Below, one piece after another: positions 11,166 to 22,571 of a stretch of 53,564 nt of DNA. How positions within the stretch are numbered: the first letter of the stretch is position 1; every line of letters starts with the position of its first letter. Both the position numbers and the translations under genes were made by a program. Location: positions 23,849,096 through 23,902,659 of the forward strand of contig NC_068996.1 of assembly GCF_001194135.2 (NCBI RefSeq), in the 5' to 3' direction. Source of the DNA: Octopus bimaculoides (lineage: Eukaryota). The notes below the pieces were generated by a model. That model did not search any database. It was not told the origin of the DNA and saw only the letters and a program-made list of their open reading frames with translations.

Positions 11166-12075
11166 CATACATACATAAACACTCTCTTCCTGATAATCTC
11201 CCATACAGCCCCAAAACAGCAGGGCTCTCTTATCTCAGAGAAGACCTGGATGGAAAGTACTCAGCATACAAAAAAAAGACCATGCATGGGTATGTTGCCC
11301 AGAAGCTTGAAGAAGACAGTAGAAATGACACAAAGAGCAGCTTCTCTTGGACACAAAACCGCTTCATCACACACTTTGAAGGCTATAGGTTTGCAATCCA
11401 GGAGCCGGAGATTGCCACAGAGTACCTGATGAACAAGAGAGACAGTGACACTCTTGTAATTCCAAGGTGCAACTGCATGCGTAGGCTATGTCATGTTTCT
11501 GTGGAACACATTATGCATGTGATTAGCAGTTGTTCTAAAATGTCATCATGGTATTACCTCCTTATGCGACATGATGTTGTTGCCAAAACAATTTACAATG
11601 CCATCTGCAAAAAAGACTGTCTTGAAATAAACTTAGAAAATTCCTCTGTTATGAAATACATTCATAAACACCAACTCAAGGAATACTGGTGGAATATTCC
11701 CATCAACACGTCTGTCAAATGTAATCATAACAGGCCGGATATTGTCGTTTAGGACAGAGGGGCAAAGGTATGTAACATCATAGAGGTCAGCTACCCTGCA
11801 TATATAAATATCTTTTTGAAAATTAAAGAAAAAGGGGATATCTATGGGCAACTGCTTCGAAACCTCCAGCTTCTATATCCAGACTATGAATTCATATTCA
11901 TACTAATAATAATTGGAGCACTAAGTTTTGTCGGTAAATGCTTAAAGGAGAATCTGGATAAAGTGAGATTTTCAGAATGAGACATTGACCGGCTGATTCA
12001 TAAATTACAAGTCCAGTGGAACAGTGGAACAGTAAAAATATGCCAGTTCCAGATGTGAATTTGGAACTTCCCAAA
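11166..12075 (+). mobile_element. R4/Dong-type non-LTR retrotransposon C-terminus (CCHC + restriction-like endonuclease)
   Basis: EGYRFAIQE, RLC..VEHIMHVISSC (CCHC), RHDVVAK, NRPDIVV...IIEVS (PD-(D/E)xK-like), LQLLYPDYEF. Confidence 0.85.
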
Positions 12076-12279
12076 GATGGAGCCTTGTATCTTTGTTGGA
12101 AACTGGCACCCTCCTCAGTGGAAGATTTATAATAATTAAAAGATGGAAAAAACATACATACATACATGTATACATAACACCATAGCCACTCATAATAAAA
12201 AGGAATACTGGTGAGATGATCTAGTGAAAACTTCAATAAAATATAAATATAATAGACCTGACATAATAATTTGGGATCA

Positions 12280-13600
12280 TCATCATCATCATCATCATCG
12301 TTTAACGTCTGCTTTCCACGCTAGCATGGGTTAGACGATTTGACTGAGGACTGGCAAATCAGATGGCTGCACCAGGCTCCATTCTGATCTGGCAAAGTTT
12401 CTACAGCTGGATGTCCTTCCTAATGCCAACCACCCCGAGAGTGTAGTGGGTGCTTTTATGTGTCACCGGCACAAGAGCCAGTCAAGCGGTACTGACAACG
12501 GCCATGCTCAAAATGGTGTTTTTTATGTGCCACCTGCACAGGAGCCATTCCAGCGGCACTGGCAACGGCCTCGCTCGAATGTTTTTTTTCACGTGCCACC
12601 GGCACAAGTGTCAGTAAGTCGACGCTNNNNNNNNNNNNNNNNNNNNNNNNNNNNNNNNNNNNNNNNNNNNNNNNNNNNNNNNNNNNNNNNNNNNNNNNNN
12701 NNNNNNNNNNNNNNNNNNNNNNNNNNNNNNNNNNNNNNNNNNNNNNNNNNNNNNNNNNNNNNNNNNNNNNNNNNNNNNNNNNNNNNNNNNNNNNNNNNNN
12801 NNNNNNNNNNNNNNNNNNNNNNNNNNNNNNNNNNNNNNNNNNNNNNNNNNNNNNNNNNNNNNNNNNNNNNNNNNNNNNNNNNNNNNNNNNNNNNNNNNNN
12901 NNNNNNNNNNNNNNNNNNNNNNNNNNNNNNNNNNNNNNNNNNNNNNNNNNNNNNNNNNNNNNNNNNNNNNNNNNNNNNNNNNNNNNNNNNNNNNNNNNNN
13001 NNNNNNNNNNNNNNNNNNNNNNNNNNNNNNNNNNNNNNNNNNNNNNNNNNNNNNNNNNNNNNNNNNNNNNNNNNNNNNNNNNNNNNNNNNNNNNNNNNNN
13101 NNNNNNNNNNNNNNNNNNNNNNNNNNNNNNNNNNNNNNNNNNNNNNNNNNNNNNNNNNNNNNNNNNNNNNNNNNNNNNNNNNNNNNNNNNNNNNNNNNNN
13201 NNNNNNNNNNNNNNNNNNNNNNNNNNTACTGGTTTCGTTTCTTGCGAGCTTACGCATGTCCTCAGCAGTTACAGCCCATGTTTCACTGCCATGTAGCTTG
13301 GCTGTTTGTACACATGTGTCATACAGTCTACCTTTTACTCTGAGCGAGAGGCCCTTTGTCACCAGCAGAGGTAAGAGCTCTCTGAATTTTGCCCAGGCTA
13401 TTCTTATTCTAGCAGCTACACTTTCAGCGCACCCTCCCCTGCTACTGACTTGGTCACCCAGATAGCAGAAGCTATCAACTACTTGTAGTTTTTCTCTCTG
13501 GAATGTGGCAGAAGTTGTTCTCTGCTCATTTTCAGTATTTATTGCTCCTGAGCATCTGCCACATACAAAAATTATCTTCCTGGTTATCCTTCTTCAGTTG
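12280..13600 (-). mobile_element. RTE LINE 3' end spanning an N-gap
   Basis: 13227-13600 encodes ...VDSFCYLGDQV...TKGLSLRVKGRLYDTC..LHGSETW; 12280-12626 is the matching 3' UTR and (GAT)n tail. Confidence 0.85.
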
Positions 13601-13865
13601 CCCAGCAGATGTTAACATAAAGCTGAATATCAGTGAAACAGAAAATACCTATGCTAAACTACCAAGAAATCTGCAGTTACCCTATCCAGATTACAAGTTC
13701 AGGTTTATATCTGTAATTATTGGGGTCCTGGGATATGTAACACACTGCCTAAATATTAATCTTGAGAAATTAGGCTTCTCAAAACCAGAAAGGAGAAAAC
13801 TGTTTCAAAGATTACAGATCTAAGCCATCACTGGATCTGTAAAAATCTCTAAAACCTTCCAGAAA
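13601..13865 (+). mobile_element. R4/Dong-type RLE C-terminal fragment
   Basis: FSCPADVN...RNLQLPYPDYKFRFISVIIGVLG, paralogous to 11780-12050. Confidence 0.8.
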
Positions 13866-13914
13866 TTTATCATTTCAGTATATATGAGTATGTCTAGATA
13901 TGCAAGTATATGCA

Positions 13915-14270
13915 TGAGAATACATACATACATACATACATACATACATACATACATAAAACAAAACACATATACATACAAAACACATATACATACATAC
14001 AAAAATACTTTGTTGAAGTTGTTGAAATTCCAATGAAGGAGTCTGGCTTTTTCTCAATTGACTGGACTGGCTTTTTCTCAATTGACAAGAAATCTTGAAA
14101 TAAAACTGAATACTGACATACATACATACATATATACATACATACATACATATATACATGCATACATGCAAACATACATGCATACATACATACATACATA
14201 CATACATACATACATACATACATACATACATGCATACATACATACATACATACATGCATACATACATACA
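13915..14270. repeat. (ATAC)n microsatellites, with a ~22-bp direct duplication at 14042-14085
   Basis: Directly visible. Confidence 0.9.
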
Positions 14271-14282
14271 CCTAGGTATTGA

Positions 14283-14755
14283 TGAAAATATATCAAAGGT
14301 ACTGTGGACAAAGATAGAATAACCAAAGAATATTTTACCAGACTAAAAAAGATATGGTAGTCAGAGTTTTTCTCTTAGAACATGACAATATACCACAATA
14401 CATTTGCAGTACCAGTACCGATTCCAACATTTGGGATAGTTGACAGGTCTATAGAGGAAATCCGCTTCATGGGAATTAAAACCTACAAGATCCTGACACC
14501 AACTGCAAACTTCCACAGAAACAGTTATATTGACTGAAGAAAAGAGGGAGGAAGGGGCTTGAAATCAGTACAGACAGACTTTGTGTGCCATGTGTTATCA
14601 TTCACACAGCATCTGCTAAACAACACCAAAAATAAAAAAATATTAACCAACAGCTCAAAAATGAAGAGAACAACATCCTGCAAATTGGTAGTGAACTCCG
14701 CAAGAAACATTCACTTCCTGGCGACCTCCTTTGTGAACCCAGTTAGCTGCCCCGG
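14283..14755 (+). mobile_element. R4/Dong-type RT thumb fragment
   Basis: IKTYKILT..NFHRNSYID..RKEGGRGLKS motif. Confidence 0.7.
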
Positions 14756-14769
14756 CAGATATGAACATG

Positions 14770-14940
14770 CAGACACAGTTTCTTGGCTGTGTGGTAAGAA
14801 GCTTGCTTTCCGACCACATGGTCCTGAGTTCGGTCTTGCCGTGTTCAGTGTCTCACCTAGGGTGAGTGTCTTCTACTGTAGCTTCAGGCCAACGAAAGAC
14901 TTGTGAGTGGATTTGGTAGACGGAAACTGAAAAAAAGCCC

Positions 14941-14943
<3 letters not shown>
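14770..14943 (+). mobile_element. SINE family A head and core
   Basis: GGCTGTGTGGTAAGAAGC...GTGGATTTGGTAGACGGAAACTGAAA. Confidence 0.8.
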
Positions 14944-15008
<65 letters not shown>

Positions 15009-15183
15009 TGTGTCTGTGTGGCTGTGTGTCTGTGTGCGTGCTTGTGCACATACGTGGTGTGTGTATGCATGGGCACGTGCACATATGTATGTGTGTGCAT
15101 GTGCGCATACATGTGTCTGTGTGTGCATGTGTGTGTATGTATGCACATGTGTGTGGTATGTGTGTATGTATGCACATGTGTGT

Positions 15184-15215
<32 letters not shown>
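14944..15215. repeat. (TG)n compound microsatellite
   Basis: Directly visible. Confidence 0.95.
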
Positions 15216-15838
15216 NNNNNNNNNNNNNNNNNNNNNNNNNNNNNNNNNNNNNNNNNNNNNNNNNNNNNNNNNNNNNNNNNNNNNNNNNNNNNNNNNNNNN
15301 NNNNNNNNNNNNNNNNNNNNNNNNNNNNNNNNNNNNNNNNNNNNNNNNNNNNNNNNNNNNNNNNNNNNNNNNNNNNNNNNNNNNNNNNNNNNNNNNNNNN
15401 NNNNNNNNNNNNNNNNNNNNNNNNNNNNNNNNNNNNNNNNNNNNNNNNNNNNNNNNNNNNNNNNNNNNNNNNNNNNNNNNNNNNNNNNNNNNNNNNNNNN
15501 NNNNNNNNNNNNNNNNNNNNNNNNNNNNNNNNNNNNNNNNNNNNNNNNNNNNNNNNNNNNNNNNNNNNNNNNNNNNNNNNNNNNNNNNNNNNNNNNNNNN
15601 NNNNNNNNNNNNNNNNNNNNNNNNNNNNNNNNNNNNNNNNNNNNNNNNNNNNNNNNNNNNNNNNNNNNNNNNNNNNNNNNNNNNNNNNNNNNNNNNNNNN
15701 NNNNNNNNNNNNNNNNNNNNNNNNNNNNNNNNNNNNNNNNNNNNNNNNNNNNNNNNNNNNNNNNNNNNNNNNNNNNNNNNNNNNNNNNNNNNNNNNNNNN
15801 NNNNNNNNNNNNNNNNNNNNNNNNNNNNNNNNNNNNNC

Positions 15839-16164
15839 AACAATGCACTATAGAACAAAAAATGGACTATATACCTGTTGTAACTTGGTTATCTATAGTC
15901 CGATGATATTTCGGAATTACAATTTCTTCTTCAGATCTTCTTTGCTGGAGTCTCTGCTATAAACTGTTTTCCAACGGTTTTCTTTTTTTCCACTACTACT
16001 GAGACACTTCCAAAAAAAAGAAAACCGTTGGAAAACAGTTTATAGCAGAGACTCCAGCAAATTAAGATCTGAAGAAGGAAATGTAATTCCGAAATATCAT
16101 CAGACTATAGATAACCAAATTACAACAGGTATATAGTCCATTTTTTGTTCTATAGTGCATTGTT
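15839..16164. repeat. Long near-perfect inverted repeat (~151-bp arms, 23-nt loop)
   Basis: Left arm 15839-15989 is the reverse complement of 16013-16164 with only a few mismatches or indels. Confidence 0.95.
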
Positions 16165-16391
16165 ATACCATTCTAAACTTTTTATTCTTTACATACTTTA
16201 CAGTTACAATCCATAAGTAGAATAGTAAAAATATGCAAGACTTATCTACAGTTCAATATGTAATTGTTGTTATCCAAATTTCAGCAATGAAGCATTTGTT
16301 TCTTTGTTAAAAACTAGCTCCACCTTTCTAAAAAGAAATTCAATTAATAAGAACAAAGTGAACATACATACGTACATACATACCATACATA

Positions 16392-16446
<55 letters not shown>

Positions 16447-16448
<2 letters not shown>

Positions 16449-16653
16449 TGAAGAGCAATTCATTTCAGCTATTCCACTTTTGAGAAGAGAAAGACTGAAG
16501 AAGAAGCAAAAAGAAGGTAACACAAGGCCCAGCAACTCCAACCAAGACCACCACCTGCCCTGTCATGTGATTGATCAGTGCTTAAGACTGTTCAATTCCC
16601 GACTTGGTCTTCTGAAGCACCTCAGGTTTAAGCATCATGGAAGCACTAGATAA
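16447..16653 (+). mobile_element. RTE-type LINE ORF2 C-terminus with C2H2-like finger
   Basis: RRERLKKKQ...CHVIDQCLRLFNSRLGLLKHLRFKH* matches the RTE C-terminal C..C.R.F.SR.GL..H motif. Confidence 0.65.
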
Positions 16654-17210
16654 ACAAAACTGAGATACCAGTGGTGTCAAGAACAATGACATCNNNNNNN
16701 NNNNNNNNNNNNNNNNNNNNNNNNNNNNNNNNNNNNNNNNNNNNNNNNNNNNNNNNNNNNNNNNNNNNNNNNNNNNNNNNNNNNNNNNNNNNNNNNNNNN
16801 NNNNNNNNNNNNNNNNNNNNNNNNNNNNNNNNNNNNNNNNNNNNNNNNNNNNNNNNNNNNNNNNNNNNNNNNNNNNNNNNNNNNNNNNNNNNNNNNNNNN
16901 NNNNNNNNNNNNNNNNNNNNNNNNNNNNNNNNNNNNNNNNNNNNNNNNNNNNNNNNNNNNNNNNNNNNNNNNNNNNNNNNNNNNNNNNNNNNNNNNNNNN
17001 NNNNNNNNNNNNNNNNNNNNNNNNNNNNNNNNNNNNNNNNNNNNNNNNNNNNNNNNNNNNNNNNNNNNNTATAAGGAGTAAATATTCAAATGAATATTTA
17101 TATTGATATTTTTATTGTTATTATTATCAGCGGTAAATCTAAATAATTGATAATAATAACAACAAAAATATAGGTGGCAGCAAGTAATAATAGCATTCAA
17201 TAGCTAGAGA

Positions 17211-17668
17211 ATAAAACATTTATAATTATAATTAACTATAATTACAATAGAGAGCACATGGGGTACCTACTTGGTGGAAAGAGGAGTTAAATACTCAAGT
17301 AAACCACTGAATCACACTGAAATACACAATGGATTAACAGAAATCTGGCAAGTGAGTAGAGATTATCAAAATCATTACAGATCAAAGAATGAAAAATTGG
17401 ATATACTTGGATCATGATTTTGAGTTCTGGCTAGTGCCTCAACTCTCCTCAGCAAGCATTATTCTGTATGAGAAAATATATATCCGACTTTTTATTCTAC
17501 AGCTTTGATCTGTGATGATTTTGATAATCTTTACTCACTTGTCTGATTTCTGTTGATCTATTGTGTATTTCAGTTTAATTTGGTGGTTTACTTGAGGATT
17601 TAGCTCCTCTTTCCAGCAAGTAGTCGCCTTGTGTGCCCTCTATTGTAATTATAGTTAATCATAATTAT

Positions 17669-17677
<9 letters not shown>
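17211..17677. mobile_element. Foldback/MITE-like element with ~177-bp imperfect terminal inverted repeats
   Basis: 17211-17387 is the reverse complement of 17503-17677 (roughly 85% by eye), with a ~115-bp spacer. Confidence 0.8.
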
Positions 17678-17701
<24 letters not shown>

Positions 17702-18102
17702 CAGGAGTGGCTGTGTGGTAAGTAGCTTGCTTACCAACCACTTGGTTCCGGGTTCAGTCCCACTGCGTGGCATCTTGGGCAAGTGTCTTCTACTATAGCC
17801 TCGGGCCGACCAAAGCCTTGTGAGTGGATTTGGTAGACGGAAACTGAAAGAAGCTCGTCGTATATATGTATATATATGTGTGTGTGCGTGTTTGTGTGTC
17901 TGTGTTTGTCCCCCTAGCTTTGCTTGACAACTGATGCTGGTGTGTTTATGTCCCCGTCACTTAGCGGTTCGGCAAAAGAGACCGATAGAATAAGTACTAG
18001 GCTTACAAAGATTAAGTCCCGGGGTCGATTTGCTCGACTAAAGGTGGTGCTCCAGCATGGCCACAGTCAAATGACTGAAACAAGTAAAAGAATAAAAGAA
18101 TA
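17702..18102 (+). mobile_element. SINE family A, full length
   Basis: Pol III A and B boxes, CORE-like TTGGGCAAGTG block, internal TA/TG repeat, AAAAGAAT tail. Confidence 0.9.
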
Positions 18103-18459
18103 TATTTGAAAAGATTTGTAAAAGTACTACACGAGTAAGTAGATNNNNNNNNNNNNNNNNNNNNNNNNNNNNNNNNNNNNNNNNNNNNNNNNNNNNNNNN
18201 NNNNNNNNNNNNNNNNNNNNNNNNNNNNNNNNNNNNNNNNNNNNNNNNNNNNNNNNNNNNNNNNNNNNNNNNNNNNNNNNNNNNNNNNNNNNNNNNNNNN
18301 NNNNNNNNNNNNNNNNNNNNNNNNNNNNNNNNNNNNNNNNNNNNNNNNNNNNNNNNNNNNNNNNNNNNNNNNNNNNNNNNNNNNNNNNNNNNNNNNNNNN
18401 NNNNNNNNNNNNNNNNNNNNNNNNNNNNNNNNNNNNNNNTATATATATATATATATATA

Positions 18460-18760
18460 AGGATCAAGAGAAAATGGGGAAGTGTTGCTTTTTATGTGTG
18501 TGATTTAAGGAAGAAAATGCTTGAGTCATGCAAGCCTAGTCAGCCATCAGAAAACTTACAGGAATCAACCTCTTGTAAATTGTGATACAGCTATTGTTCA
18601 CAAAAGAACATATGCAACTTGTGGAAAGGTGTGCCTTTCAGTTGGAGGATTGAAAAGGCATGTCAAAAGACTTCATACTTTGGCACCCGTTCCCTCTGCC
18701 AGCCACCACAGCTCTGCATTGTGCAATAGAATGTGCACACACACAAACACACATGTATCA
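18460..18760 (+). mobile_element. RTE-type LINE C-terminus with C2H2-like finger
   Basis: TCGKVCLSVGGLKRHVKRLH preceded by a decayed RTE C-terminal region. Confidence 0.55.
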
Positions 18761-18764
18761 TGAT

Positions 18765-19040
18765 CATGATCAGCATCATTTAAAGTCCATTGTCCATGCT
18801 GTAATGGCATGGACAGTTTGACCAGAGCTGGCAAGCAGAGAACTGCACCAGACTCTGTTCTGATTTGGCATGGTTTCTATGGCTGGATGCCTTTTCTAAC
18901 ACCAACCACTTACAGAATATGCTGGGTGCTTTAATGTTCCACCACATGGGTGTGCTTATGTGGCACCACATAAGCGCTTTTACATGATACTGCAGAGGCA
19001 CTTTTATGTGACATTACCATAAGTGCTTTACACCACCTGA
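18765..19040 (-). mobile_element. RTE 3' UTR/tail, diverged
   Basis: CATCATTTAA...GCTGGATGCCTTTTCTAACACCAACCAC. Confidence 0.75.
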
Positions 19041-19267
19041 GGGACTGGTCTTAACATTTCTGCTGTGGATTACAAGTCTTCTTGAGTACAACAAGGCACC
19101 AGGCCTCCTGCTCCTTTGTCACCTCACCTGAAAGGTTCAGCTCCTGAAAATATATTACACACATTTGTGTGCTTGTGTGCACACATGTGTGCACGCACAC
19201 ACACACACACACGTGCATGTGTGCATGCACACACACACATGCACATGCATGCACACAGAGGCATGTA

Positions 19268-19504
19268 TCTTATTTCTTTACTGCCCACAAGGGGCTAAAC
19301 ATAGAGGGGACAAACAAGGACAGACAAACAGATTAAGTCGATTATATCGACCCCAGTGCCTAACTGGTATTTATATAATCGATCCTGAAAGGATGAAAGG
19401 CAAAGTTGACCTCGGTGGAATTTGAACTCAGAACGTAGCAGCAGACGAAATACTGCTAAGCATTTCGCCTGGCGTGCTAACGTTTCTGCTAGCTCACTGC
19501 CTTT
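19268..19504 (-). mobile_element. SINE family C variant
   Basis: Reverse-complement head (GAGTTCAAATTCC B-box) and TTTGCCTTTCATCCTTTC core. Confidence 0.85.
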
Positions 19505-19859
19505 ATCTGACAGACTCTTGCAGTATCTGTTTTACAAATGCAGTCACAAAGTTTTGATTGGCCTTAAGTTATAACAAAAGGTACTCACCTAATGAGACTG
19601 AACTCCCAGTGAAATGGAATGGAAAATTATGTGGTTGAGAAGGTGAATATTTGTATAGCAACAGTAACTATTATCATGACTATATAAGGTATTGTTATAT
19701 AATTAAAGGGAGATTATATTTACTGTATTACACTAGTTTGTAAGTGAATTTATTTTAAAATCAAACAAAATTCAAATCAATATAACTGCTTTGAACTTCT
19801 CAATAAAACTCTTTTCTTTTTCTTCTTTTTTAATTTCATTTGAGTCATTAAATTTACAA

Positions 19860-20200
19860 AATTGAATCATTAAAAAATTTATTGCAGCATATCTCCAAAT
19901 GTACACTTAGTGGGATCTGTCTGATATCAAAGTTCTTTAATTTGCTGCTGATACACTCACAAGCATTCTGATAATGAATTTTCATTCTGACCAATATATA
20001 TTTTTTCACAATTTGGGGATTTGATATAGTAAACCATATTTCTGCTTTTACAGTCCATATTTCCATTTCTAGATATTTTCTTTCTGGTCTTTTTCACAAT
20101 ATAATGACCAGCATTGCACTTAGATATTGTGAAGTTTTCATTATTGTTGTTTAAACTAAACTTTGCTTTTGTCAACAATTGTTTCATGTTTTATGGTTAT
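19860..20200 (-). mobile_element. Penelope-like element GIY-YIG endonuclease fragment
   Basis: MDCKSRNMVYYIKSPNCEKIYIGQ..SLSE, then RQIPLSVHLEIC after a frameshift. Confidence 0.8.
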
Positions 20201-20271
20201 CATTTGCTTTGAACCAGTGATTTTAATTTTTTTCAAGATCAGTGAATAATTTCACTGGAAAAAGTTATATA

Positions 20272-20519
20272 TATATTTGCAAAGGAATGTCTTTCTCATC
20301 GAAGGTTGGCAGCTGTCGTACGCTGAAGATGGGTAAATACTCAGAAACTCGAGTCCGTACGTATCGCAGATCGAGATGGGAAGGATGACTTCCCTTTGCA
20401 AATATAGACAGGACACAGATGTGTGTCAATAGCCAGCTGGAGGAGATATTCTCCTGGGGCTAAAAGCAACAATAACATCCACCCTTAGGGGTCAGCCACA
20501 TTTAAGTGGTAAATATACT
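20272..20519 (+). mobile_element. Hammerhead-bearing repeat, probably a PLE pseudo-LTR or a derived non-autonomous element
   Basis: Contains the hammerhead ribozyme; 20440-20519 recurs inverted at 45554-45632. Confidence 0.6.
20317..20361 (+). ncRNA. Minimal type I hammerhead ribozyme
   Basis: CGTACG-CTGAAGA-TGGGTAAATACTCA-GAAAC-TCGA-GTC-CGTACG: intact core, 6-bp stem I, 5-bp stem II, palindromic stem III, GUC cleavage triplet (cut after 20355). Confidence 0.85.
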
Positions 20520-20799
20520 TCACCTTTTAATTTATTGTTTTGTCTGATAATCAACAAGTTTGAATTAGGGACATTAAAAAATAATCTGATAAAATGGATT
20601 ATATGCCACTGCAAAAGGTACTTTATTCTGATCTTTCTTGGGCAGTTTGAAGTTGTTCTATGTAAAGAAAAAAAGTGGTAGTAATGTGATCCTCCTGATA
20701 CAGGAAGACCTCTTGGGACAATTGGGGAACCTCTACCATTCAAGATCTTCCTGAACACCAAAAGCAAGTGCTCTTTTCATTTCTTATTCCCCTACTCAC

Positions 20800-22090
20800 A
20801 GGTCTAACTTTTATCCATCTTTCAATAAATTTGATTGGAGACAGTACTCCCCACCACCACCACTACCTCTCTACCCTCACTTTCCTTTCTGATTAAAATT
20901 TGAAAAAGCTGATGAGGGCTCTACCAAAGAGGAACCTATCTGTCCTCATTCTTTTCAACCACGTCCAATGGACATCCTATTTTGCAATAGACATCAAACA
21001 AAGGAAAACCAGTTAAAAGGGAGTGATGGAGCAATCATCACTATGGGTTTGGCTGATAGACAGATCTGTCCCACACACTATTATAGCAGCCATTCAACAC
21101 AACTCCACAAGTCAGCAATGCTTGAATAAGCTTGTCTAATAGCACATCCATGCCTATAGAGTTTATCCCAAACCAATAACATCCCTCAGTAGCACTGATA
21201 AGCTAAGGCTTCTGGATATCATCCATAGTAGTTCCTGATTGGAAAGTCCCCAGGAACAAATTCTTTGATTTTCACTGATGTCTCCCCAATAATGTCATCA
21301 TACTTCCTCACCACGAATCATCTATATATTGCTAAAGTAGAACATCCACTAATCCCATTGCCCAACTGGTTGAGGGCTATGAGCATCTGATGATATTCTA
21401 GGTGCCAGGCACTCAGTTTCAGTCTTTCCTTTACTCAGGGCTGCAGTTCCATCAAGAAGAGAAACTGTGAAAAGACATGTCATGAATGGTGCCCAAACTT
21501 ATTTAACATCTAGGAATCGATGGTGCAACCCAAGCACATGTATGTGTATCAGCAGCCATGGCACGCCTAAGCCACCATGCAAAATGTATTGACAACAGAT
21601 TGACTACTTGGCCAGTGGAACATATCTCTTCCACAAGAAGCTAGATAAAGAGATGCTCCAACCTGACAAAGAGGGAGGAGGGACATGGCATGATGGTCAG
21701 GCAATAAATGATGATAGAGTTGATGTAGGCATTCGCCACCTCTGCCTGCCCTTTCAAGAACAACTTCCTCTCTGCCCATTTCTGCGTAAGATTTGTCACT
21801 CTGTTAGTCACCTCATTCCAGTTCTTATCTACCAGAAGGTCAGGACTGAACCAGTTTCCAAGCAGTTTAACTGGTTCATCAGTCCAGCATCCAACAATGC
21901 CATCCGATAGCATGAACCTGCCTCCTCAGGTACCTGCTGCAAGCCTACCGACTTGTCAGTGTTGATTTTGGACCCTTTCACCAACTTATATTCCTTTAGA
22001 ATGTGGTGGCATCTCCTATATGGAGGTGTCTGATACCATGACAGTGACATCGCTTGTATATGTTGACAATGCCATCCTGGGTCTCAGCTC
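20800..22090 (-). mobile_element. Tx1/L1-clade LINE, RT C-terminus to 3' end, disrupted
   Basis: TYTSDVTVMVSD (decayed YADD), KGSKINTDKSVGL, PVKLLGNWFSPDL..KNWNEV, RKLFLKGQAEVAN, and FFKF..RKVRVER near the end. Confidence 0.8.
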
Positions 22091-22399
22091 AAACAGGATT
22101 ACCCTCGACTATTCCAACTTTTGAAGCAGTAACTTGAGAGAACATACAGAAGGTATTTTGGAGAGATTTCAATGCCTTATCATTTAGGTCTATAGTCTCC
22201 CTTGTTGACTCATATATATCTATGGATATAATATTCCACATGTCTTTGTATATATACTTTTTGGTGAGTAACATGTTAGCATTTGAAGTTGGTGATCTTG
22301 TTCCATTTTATAAGATTTACTTTGTAAATCTTTTGACATGAGCTGGAGTCATTCTGTTTTCTTAATACTTGACTAATGTTTTAATGTTCATAAATTTTG

Positions 22400-22550
22400 A
22401 CAATTGTCTGTACATCACAACATTTATAAGAGATTTCTTCATCATTATTGAAGCTTAAACAGTTGTTTTGAAGTAAGTTGCTGCCATACTATTGAAAAGT
22501 GACAAGTTTAATTTGCTTTTTTTCCATTCTGACCAATAAAAATCTTTCTC
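22400..22550 (-). mobile_element. Second, decayed PLE GIY-YIG-like fragment
   Basis: ERKIFIGQNG; AT-rich sequence similar to 19900-20010. Confidence 0.45.
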
Positions 22551-22571
22551 TCTAAATTTTCAAACAAGTTA

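Noticed and set aside
17251-17351. Exon-like segment (ESTWGTYLVERGVKY...TEIWQ) with a GTGAGT donor
   Set aside because: It is one arm of the 17211-17677 inverted repeat, and the other arm has a stop in the same frame. It is kept only as an exonisation candidate.
16447-18763. Two C2H2-like peptides as members of the cephalopod zinc-finger expansion
   Set aside because: Each is a single finger with no TGEKP linkers, in the position and motif of RTE ORF2 C-termini.
20909-20935. CTGATGA motif as another hammerhead
   Set aside because: It is followed by GAAC rather than GAAA, has no stem I or III, and lies in antisense Tx1 coding sequence.
22089-22274. 61-aa - strand ORF, and a mirror + strand frame ending in a GTGAGT donor
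   Set aside because: There are no recognisable motifs, the acceptor is weak, and the segment is wedged between TE fossils.
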